A DNA stretch of 64,000 bases from an uncultured bacterium (GTDB lineage: Bacteria > Actinomycetota > Acidimicrobiia > Spongiisociales > UBA5794): positions 288,001-352,000 of the forward strand of contig CAWDDT010000009.1 in assembly GCA_963801165.1 (NCBI GenBank). Direction: 5' to 3'. The translations under genes and the position numbers were made by a program. This document shows positions 56,799 through 64,000 of the stretch, piece by piece. The notes under the pieces are model-generated. The model was not told where the DNA came from, made no database searches, and worked only from the letters and a program-made list of their open reading frames with translations. Every line of letters begins with the position of its first letter. Position 1 is the first letter of the stretch.

Positions 56799-59567
56799 GT
56801 GATGACGCTCCCGTCCGACTCCAGCGCCGCACTCCGGTCCGAGATTCGCCTCCTCGGCAATCTGCTGGGCCAGACGCTCGTGCGCCAGGAAGGGCAGGAA
56901 CTTCTCGATCTGGTCGAGGAGGTGCGGGCGCTGGTCAAGCGGGTGAGAGATGCGGAGGGCACCCCCGATTCGGTAACGCCCCGCCGCGAGCTGCTCGAGC
57001 TGCTCGGTGTTCTCGAGCTCCCCACGATCATCTCGCTGGTGCGGGCGTTCACCACCTACTTCTATCTAGCCAACGTGGCCGAGCAGACCTACCGCCTCGA
57101 TGACCAGGCTTTGCGCCGGGATCGGCACCACCCCATCCTGTCCGACGTCGTCGACAGGGTCTTGGCGCAGGCGGTACCGCTCGACCTGATCCAGGGCGTT
57201 GTCGATCGTCTCGACGTGAGGCCGGTGTTCACCGCACACCCGACCGAGGCGGCCCGGCGCTCCATCCGCACCAAGATCATCAAGCTGGCGGAGATCCTCG
57301 AGCTGAGGGTCGATCCCCGGCTGAGCCGTTCCGCCATGGCACGGAGCGAACGGCACCTCGCCGAGCTGATCGATCTGATCTGGCAGACGGATGAGCTGCG
57401 GGTCGAGCGCCCGACGCCGATTGACGAGGCCCGTACGGTCATCGACTACTTCGACCAGATCTTCAGCGAAGTGGCGCCCGAGCTATTCGACGAGCTCGAG
57501 TTCCAGCTACACCGGACCGGGGCGGAGATGGCACTCGGAGCGCGCCCGCTGCACTTCGGCACCTGGGTGGGCGGTGATCGCGATGGCAATCCCAACGTCA
57601 CTGCGGAGACCACCCTCACCGTCCTCGGGGCACAGCACCAGCATGCACTACGTGGTCTCATCCAGGCGGTGGAGCAGCTGGCAACAGACCTGAGCGCGTC
57701 GGAGCGGATCGTCGAGATCAGCGATGAATTGCGCACGGCTTTGACAGCCGATGCCGAGCTGATGCCTGCGGTGTACCGACGTTTCAGCCGGCTGTCGGCC
57801 GGAGAGGCATACCGGCAGAAGGCGGCGTACATCCACCAACGTTTGGTCAACACCCTCAACCGGGTCTCCGACGACGCGGCCCACCAACCCGGTCTCGACT
57901 ACCAGACGTCGGCAGATCTTCTCGATGAGCTGGCTGTGATGTATCGCTCGCTCGAGGCCGCCCGCGGTGGGCTCATCGCCGACGGGACACTGAAACGGCT
58001 GATCCGACGGGTGGCCGCCTTCGGCTTCCGGCTGGCCACCATGGATGTCAGGGAGCACTCCTCGAAGCATCATGCGGCGCTAGCTGATCTGTACGCCCGG
58101 CTCGGGGAGACCGACTACACCCTGCTCGACCGGCCCGCCCGCACCGCGTTGCTCAACAGGGAGCTGGCCGGTCGCCGTCCCCTGGCGCCGATCGTGACGG
58201 TCCTCAGCGGAGAGTCGGAGCGTACGCTCGACACCTTTCATGGGGTACGCGAGGCTCTCGACCGGTTTGGTGCCAATGTCATCGAGAGCTACATCATCTC
58301 GGAGACGAGGGGCGCCGACGACGTCCTTGCCGCGGTCGTGTTGGCTCGCGAGGCGGGTCTCATCGACCTCTCTTCGGACATCGCTCGTGTCGGTTTCGTG
58401 CCGCTGTTCGAGACCATCGACGAAGTACGGGCCGCCGGCGACATTCTCGACAAGTTGCTCGCGTGTGCCCCGTACCGATCCATCGTCTCGCTTCGCGGCG
58501 ACATCCAGGAGGTCATGCTCGGCTACTCCGATTCGAGCAAGCACGGTGGTCTCGCCACCTCGCAGTGGGAGCTCTATCGGGCTTCGCGAGATCTTCGAGA
58601 TACCGCGCTCCGTCATGGTGTGGAGCTCCGCCTTTTCCACGGTCGCGGCGGTACCGTCGGCCGGGGCGGCGGACCCACCGGCGAGGCAATCATGGCCCAG
58701 CCGTGGGGGACCATCGATGGACGCATCAAGATCACCGAGCAGGGCGAGGTCATCGCCGACAAGTACGGGTTGCCCGACATGGCCCTCATCAACCTCGAGG
58801 TTCAGCTGGCGGCGACCCTCGAGGCGTCGCTGCTGCACCGCACGTCACGCCAGAACGAGGTGGTGCTGGCCGACTGGGACCGGGCGATGGACACCATCAG
58901 CGGAGCGGCCTACCGCAAATACCGGGAACTGATCGATACCCCCGATCTCGTCGAGTACTTCCTCACGTCGACTCCCGTCGAGGAGCTGGGGGCGATGAAC
59001 ATCGGATCCCGGCCGGCGCGGAGACCTGGTGGCGGCGACGACAACGTCGGTCTCGACGGGATGCGGGCGATTCCCTGGGTGTTCGGATGGACCCAGTCGC
59101 GGCAGGTGGTGCCCGGCTGGTTCGGGGTGGGCACCGGTCTGGCCGCCGCCCGGGCTGCCGGATTCACGAAGCTCATCGACCTCATGTATCAGGAGTGGCG
59201 CTTCTTCGGAGCGTTTGTCTCGAATGTCGAGATGACCCTGTCGAAGACCGACTTGACCGTCGCAGCACAATATGTCAGCTCGCTGGTCGCTCCCGAGCAT
59301 CAGCACCTCCTCGAGGTGATCCGCACCGAATACGAGCTGACGGTGGCGCAGATTCTCCAGATCACCGGCGAGGAAGAGTTGCTCGATCGCTACCCGATTC
59401 TGAAGCGCACGCTTGCGATTCGTGACCGGTACCTCGACCCGATCAGCTATCTCCAGGTCGCCCTGCTGGAACGTGCCCGCTCCGGAGAGGAACAGAGCCC
59501 CGACCTAAGGCGGGCGCTGCTCTTGACCGTGAACGGTCTTGCTGCCGGTCTCCGCAACACCGGCTGA
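56799..59567 (+). CDS. ppc: Phosphoenolpyruvate carboxylase
   Basis: VFTAHPTE, GGDRDGNP, VPLFETI, QEVMLGYSDS, FHGRGGTVGRGGGP, RAIPW, GLRNTG. Confidence 0.97.
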   Translation: MMTLPSDSSAALRSEIRLLGNLLGQTLVRQEGQELLDLVEEVRALVKRVRDAEGTPDSVTPRRELLELLGVLELPTIISLVRAFTTYFYLANVAEQTYRLDDQALRRDRHHPILSDVVDRVLAQAVPLDLIQGVVDRLDVRPVFTAHPTEAARRSIRTKIIKLAEILELRVDPRLSRSAMARSERHLAELIDLIWQTDELRVERPTPIDEARTVIDYFDQIFSEVAPELFDELEFQLHRTGAEMALGARPLHFGTWVGGDRDGNPNVTAETTLTVLGAQHQHALRGLIQAVEQLATDLSASERIVEISDELRTALTADAELMPAVYRRFSRLSAGEAYRQKAAYIHQRLVNTLNRVSDDAAHQPGLDYQTSADLLDELAVMYRSLEAARGGLIADGTLKRLIRRVAAFGFRLATMDVREHSSKHHAALADLYARLGETDYTLLDRPARTALLNRELAGRRPLAPIVTVLSGESERTLDTFHGVREALDRFGANVIESYIISETRGADDVLAAVVLAREAGLIDLSSDIARVGFVPLFETIDEVRAAGDILDKLLACAPYRSIVSLRGDIQEVMLGYSDSSKHGGLATSQWELYRASRDLRDTALRHGVELRLFHGRGGTVGRGGGPTGEAIMAQPWGTIDGRIKITEQGEVIADKYGLPDMALINLEVQLAATLEASLLHRTSRQNEVVLADWDRAMDTISGAAYRKYRELIDTPDLVEYFLTSTPVEELGAMNIGSRPARRPGGGDDNVGLDGMRAIPWVFGWTQSRQVVPGWFGVGTGLAAARAAGFTKLIDLMYQEWRFFGAFVSNVEMTLSKTDLTVAAQYVSSLVAPEHQHLLEVIRTEYELTVAQILQITGEEELLDRYPILKRTLAIRDRYLDPISYLQVALLERARSGEEQSPDLRRALLLTVNGLAAGLRNTG

Positions 59568-59630
59568 TCTCGCCACGCCGTGCGGCTGACTAACGTCCCG
59601 GCAGTCGCTGAAACCCCGGGGGGTGTCACG

Positions 59631-61178
59631 ATGCTCCTCGATTTGGGGGCGTTGCACAGCTCAGATACCGCCGTACCTGCCGGGTGGCGTCGCTATGTAG
59701 AGCGATCCGAGGCCGGTATCACCGTCCGGGGGGACACAACCGCCGCTACGGAGATCTTCCTGACGACAGACGGGCTGGTGGCCGATCGTGTTGAAGATGT
59801 CCTGGACCGGCGGGGCGAGACCGGCGTATATGCAGAGCCGGGCCCTTTTGCGGTCAGCGCCCTGCTCCACAACGGGTTGGTCCCACCGCCATACAGCGAG
59901 TTCGAGGGTGTCTACACGCTGACGATGGGCGACGTGGCGCACGTGTCGTGGCGATCATCCGAACCACATCTCGAGCTAGAGGAGGATTACCCGTGGTTCG
60001 CCGACCGCTCCCGCAACGACATGGAGCCGAGCGAGCGAACACTCCTCGACCTGCTCACCACGGCCACCGTTAGGGACCTCGACAGGGCCGGGGGCCGCGG
60101 CTTTCTCATGCTGAGCTCGGGCAAAGACTCAGCCGCGGTGGCGCTCGCGCTGGCCGAAGCGGGTCGCACCGACATACCCTGTGTCACGTACGGAGCCGGT
60201 GCCGAAGACCCCGAGCCGGAGGTTGCCTCCACCATTTGTCGAAAACTCGGTCTCGAGCACCGTGTGGTCACCCTGCCCCACGATCCCCAGCGGGTCGCCT
60301 CGACGATGACCCGTTTCTTCGCAGCGTCACCACGACCGGGGACCGACCTGAAACAGATCCCCTATGTGCTGGCAACGGCCGGGGCCGGGTCTCCGGGAGG
60401 CACCGTTATCGATGGGGGCGGCAACGACTCCTACATGGGTTTCCCCCCAACACGACGGTGGGCTCGCAAGACACAGCTACGTCTGCGAAACCGGTGGCTG
60501 ATCGACTTCGCGCAGCGGCACACACCCATCGACTCTCCGGTCAACTATCTCGCCCGCTCGCGGCTGGAGACGGTTCTGTCGGGGCGCTTGATCCGCTACC
60601 ACGAGAGCCGGACCTTCTATCCGGATGCAGTCGACACCCGCGAGTTCTGGAGCCGCAAGTCCCGGGAGACCGCCCGCCTGAGTCTCTTCGCCCTCTTTGC
60701 TCTCTCCGAGCGCTACATCACGCCGCCGTCGTCGATGAAGAAGCACATTCTCGCTGCGGGAGCGATCGGGCATCAGGCCGCAGTGCCGTGGTGCGACCAT
60801 GCGATTGCGGACTACTACTTCAATCTGCCTGAGGAGCACCGGTACGACAAGAGCCGGGGGATCAACAAGGTCTTGTTGCGCCGCATGCTCCTGCGGTATC
60901 TCGACTACGACGCCGAGAAGATGGGAAAGCACTACTTCTCGTTCGAGGGGGCCCGGTTCGTGGCCGAGAACCGTGAGTACATACGATCCGAGATCGAGTC
61001 CTGTGAACTGTGGGACCGCAACCGGCTCGGTCTGGTCAACGGCTGGCTCGACGCCGTGGAGAAACGTCCGCTCTTGCACCACGCCATCCTCACGCTGTTC
61101 ATGATCTCCGGATGGCACAACCACAGCCCGTACGGCGCCTCCGCCGCCGCTCCAGCAACCCGGGCCGACGATGTCTGA
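59631..61178 (+). CDS. Asparagine synthase-related protein 2 (no N-terminal Cys)
   Basis: LMLSSGKDS PP-loop, DGGGNDSYMG, NKVLLR, KHYF. Confidence 0.72.
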   Translation: MLLDLGALHSSDTAVPAGWRRYVERSEAGITVRGDTTAATEIFLTTDGLVADRVEDVLDRRGETGVYAEPGPFAVSALLHNGLVPPPYSEFEGVYTLTMGDVAHVSWRSSEPHLELEEDYPWFADRSRNDMEPSERTLLDLLTTATVRDLDRAGGRGFLMLSSGKDSAAVALALAEAGRTDIPCVTYGAGAEDPEPEVASTICRKLGLEHRVVTLPHDPQRVASTMTRFFAASPRPGTDLKQIPYVLATAGAGSPGGTVIDGGGNDSYMGFPPTRRWARKTQLRLRNRWLIDFAQRHTPIDSPVNYLARSRLETVLSGRLIRYHESRTFYPDAVDTREFWSRKSRETARLSLFALFALSERYITPPSSMKKHILAAGAIGHQAAVPWCDHAIADYYFNLPEEHRYDKSRGINKVLLRRMLLRYLDYDAEKMGKHYFSFEGARFVAENREYIRSEIESCELWDRNRLGLVNGWLDAVEKRPLLHHAILTLFMISGWHNHSPYGASAAAPATRADDV

Positions 61179-62880
61179 GTACTCCCGGGCAGTTGCCGTC
61201 TCGTTCACCAACCCGGCAACGGCTCGCCGGCAGACACCCCGCGGCGTCTGGTACGCCAGCGGCCTCGGTGCGGACGACATGGGACGGCTCGAAACCGCCA
61301 CCGACCCGGCAGCGGCGGGCGACATTGTGGTCGGCAGGGTCCGGGACGCTTCGGTCGTTTACGTCGAGTTGGACGGCGGCGCACCCGTTCGGGTGAAGGC
61401 ATGGAAAGGACTTCTCGGGGTGCACGAAGTCTTCTACGCCCGGCTGCCGGATGGACGCTGGTATCTCACAGACCACTTCCACAACGTGATGGCGGTGCTG
61501 CCGGAAGGTCAGCGGGCCATGACCGACGAGACCCTGTTGCGACACTATGTGTCTGCCGCTGTATACGGCCGTGAGACCTACGCCCGTGGAGCGGATCGGG
61601 TGGCCAACGGCGATCGCCTCGACATCGACCTCGTCGCCGGCGAGGCAACGGTCCAGATCTTCAGCCGGCACACTGCAATGTCTACCGACGAGCCGATGGA
61701 GATCCACTTGGGCCGGCTCGACGCCGCCCTCGAGGATGTGGTCGGCTCGCTGCGGACGGTTCCCGGTCTTGGCGTCGGGTTCTCCGGCGGTGTCGACTCG
61801 ACGCTGCTGCTGACCTACCTCGGAACCCACGGCATTCCGCTCACCGTCGTGCCGGGTAGCCCGGAGTTCGACGCCGAAACGGAATACGCCAGAAGCGCGG
61901 CCCATCTGCTGCGGCGCGACATCGTCGAGATCCAACTCGACGAGGCCGACTATCTACACAATCTCGAGCACAGCATCGAGTCGCTCGGGATGCCGCTGGA
62001 GAGCTATATCGTGCCGGTCCTCGCCCGTCTGTACGAGCACGACTCGCCACTGTTCGTCATTGGTGAGGGCGCCGATAGCGTGTTCGGCTCAGGTCGTGGT
62101 ATCCGCCGGTTGGCTTCGCTTCTGTCCGGACGTGCGGGGCTGGAGGTGTTGCGCCGGCTCGAGGGGGACGGCCGGCTGGGTCGCCGGGCGCGGCAGATCG
62201 GTGAATACGCCGCGCGGTTTGCCGAACCGCCGTCGTCGCCGCGGGGTTACGCAGGCACGGCGCTCAACTACTACGGCGACATGTCCGGGACGGTACGCAT
62301 GTATGGCGAGGAGGCGATCGCCGCCCTCGACCGCACGATGCTGCAAGAGGTTTTCGACCGCGTGGAGCTGGAGACCGCAGAGGGCGACCGTTTCGCCCGG
62401 CACATCGAGATCGCACAGTGGCGCGTCATCTTTTCCGACCTGGCCCTTGCCGGGAACCACGACGCCCATGCAATCGGCAAGCGCCAGGTGAATCCCTACC
62501 TGAGCTGGCGTGTTGTCTCCGAGCACCTCAAAGTCCCCGCCCGGGCCCGGTACTACAAGGGCTTCACCGGCAAGTGGATGCTCAAGGAGTTGCTGATCAG
62601 ACGGGTTGACGGCTATCCGGTCAACAAGCGCAAGCTGGCGACCAGCCTCCCCTTCGAGCGCTACTTGGCACGCGGTCCATTGACCGGTATCTGGGATCGG
62701 TACGACATTCCGGAGGCGGTACCGGCCGAGTTGTGGCCCGAGGTGCGCACAAAGGCGACGCCGCTGACCTGGAAGGCGATAACGCACGCCATCTGGCAGG
62801 ACCGTGTTGTCGCAAACCCCAACCTCGAGCCCCATCCGGCCGCGGTGGCCGACAGCTGGTCGTTCCCGGGAGCCGGCTAG
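61171..62880 (+). CDS. Asparagine synthase-related protein 3 (no N-terminal Cys)
   Basis: GFSGGVDS, GEGADSVFG, NPYL, KWMLKELL. Confidence 0.75.
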   Translation: MSEYSRAVAVSFTNPATARRQTPRGVWYASGLGADDMGRLETATDPAAAGDIVVGRVRDASVVYVELDGGAPVRVKAWKGLLGVHEVFYARLPDGRWYLTDHFHNVMAVLPEGQRAMTDETLLRHYVSAAVYGRETYARGADRVANGDRLDIDLVAGEATVQIFSRHTAMSTDEPMEIHLGRLDAALEDVVGSLRTVPGLGVGFSGGVDSTLLLTYLGTHGIPLTVVPGSPEFDAETEYARSAAHLLRRDIVEIQLDEADYLHNLEHSIESLGMPLESYIVPVLARLYEHDSPLFVIGEGADSVFGSGRGIRRLASLLSGRAGLEVLRRLEGDGRLGRRARQIGEYAARFAEPPSSPRGYAGTALNYYGDMSGTVRMYGEEAIAALDRTMLQEVFDRVELETAEGDRFARHIEIAQWRVIFSDLALAGNHDAHAIGKRQVNPYLSWRVVSEHLKVPARARYYKGFTGKWMLKELLIRRVDGYPVNKRKLATSLPFERYLARGPLTGIWDRYDIPEAVPAELWPEVRTKATPLTWKAITHAIWQDRVVANPNLEPHPAAVADSWSFPGAG

Positions 62881-64000
62881 ACCCCGATCCGGTCGTGGTG
62901 ACCCGAGTAGTGGTCGTTGAGCTTCGCCCGATACCAGACAACCTGTGCGGTATCCCGAATGGCATTGCCGGCGGGCCGGGCGAAGGCCTTCGTCATGCCC
63001 GCCGTCAGCGCAACCAGAACCAGAATCGGGCTGGTCAGGATGGCGATCGCTGCCATCGGCCGCGCCTTGCGAGCACCCAGCAACTCGTTGATCTCGATGA
63101 ACATCGCTGCCGAGATCAAGTTGGCGACGATCGTGAGCGCAACCAACCCCGTCACCACATAGGCAGCCGGCACGAGGTATTTCATAGGGTTGAGCACCCA
63201 GGGCGTTGCAGCTGCCGCCAGATAGAGAACGCCTCCGGCAGCCATGACCAGCATGTAGACGTTGCGGTTGTGTCGGGCCGCGGCGAGATCGTGTTGCATC
63301 GCCGATTCCATCGCTCTCGGGGCGAGCACGGCGGTCAGCCCGGTAGCGAGCACCAGGACCGGCTGGGCAACAACGCGGGCCGCCTCGGCGTAGCCGAGGA
63401 CGTCGGCGCCGGCGAGCGCTGCAACGAGTGCGGCCACGGCGAAGTGGGCGATGTTGGGTGCGAGCGCCTGGGTGAGCAGCCATCGGCCCTGGTGGGCCAT
63501 TGCGCGGAAGCGGAGCGGCTCGTCGAGCGGCTTCTGGTGACGGACGTCGCCGAGGATGAACCCGACGATGAGCGAGAGCGCGTTGGCGATTGCCAGAGAA
63601 CCGAACGGCATGATCGCCACAGGTGCGTCGACCAGCAGCATCACGCCGAGGGCGGCGACCACCCCGGCGAACTGCACCGCGGACACGGCCGCGGCTTGCC
63701 AGTTGAGCTCGGCGATGTGGAGCAGGCGGCGCATGTGGTCCTGGAGCGGGGAGAGAACGGTAGTGATGCCCGCTGTGATGGTCAGTCCCCAGATCACGTT
63801 CGAATCGGTGAGCGACCAAGACAGGAACGCCGCGACGAAGATTGCCAGTGACCCGAGAAGAGCCGCCGGAATCCCCATGCGGAAAGTGTCGCGGGCCCGG
63901 CGTATCCGATCTGGCACCGGGAATGACACAGCGTTGACCTCAGCCGGGATCAAGATGAGCTCCCAGGGCAGGACCACCCCGAGACCGAACGCAGTGAAGA
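62877..64000 (-). CDS. Polytopic membrane protein, polysaccharide exporter/flippase-like (partial; frame open to window end)
   Basis: Many TM helices; LQDHMRRLLH, LGYAEAARVVAQP. Confidence 0.6.
   Translation of the reverse strand, partial: FTAFGLGVVLPWELILIPAEVNAVSFPVPDRIRRARDTFRMGIPAALLGSLAIFVAAFLSWSLTDSNVIWGLTITAGITTVLSPLQDHMRRLLHIAELNWQAAAVSAVQFAGVVAALGVMLLVDAPVAIMPFGSLAIANALSLIVGFILGDVRHQKPLDEPLRFRAMAHQGRWLLTQALAPNIAHFAVAALVAALAGADVLGYAEAARVVAQPVLVLATGLTAVLAPRAMESAMQHDLAAARHNRNVYMLVMAAGGVLYLAAAATPWVLNPMKYLVPAAYVVTGLVALTIVANLISAAMFIEINELLGARKARPMAAIAILTSPILVLVALTAGMTKAFARPAGNAIRDTAQVVWYRAKLNDHYSGHHDRIGV

Noticed and set aside
59631-62880. Lasso peptide biosynthetic cluster
   Set aside because: No B1/B2 proteins or precursor peptide seen; neighbours are glycan genes

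Overview
High-GC bacterial chromosome segment with an actinobacterial look (probably Acidimicrobiia-like, by inference). About 50 genes; no rRNA, tRNA, CRISPR array, transposase or integrase seen. The main feature is a ~15 kb sugar-phosphate catabolic island (9.1-24.2 kb). It encodes a CUT2-type sugar ABC importer, MtnK, two different MtnA paralogs, a class II aldolase-SDR fusion, LsrF, a muconolactone-isomerase-family protein, an atypical split transketolase, a KDDH-type form IV RuBisCO-like protein, a SorC/LsrR-family repressor and RbsD. Both of its promoter regions carry a shared TGCACA-N2-TGTGCA-type palindrome. I infer an undescribed route that scavenges 5-substituted riboses (methylthioribose, 5-deoxyribose) and may feed them into phospho-AI-2 (P-DPD) chemistry. 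Other items: a structured leader before a heterodimeric ABC exporter, a uORF/hairpin attenuator before an ABC-F + APH pair, a FolK-FolE fusion, an in-frame VNTR in a histidine kinase, an unannotated small membrane ORF next to a 14-bp duplication, REP-like hairpins, glycan-modification loci with three Cys-less asparagine-synthase-like proteins, glcDEF, leucine dehydrogenase plus fused E1 alpha/beta, and ppc. All family calls come from motif recognition by eye, not from database searches.
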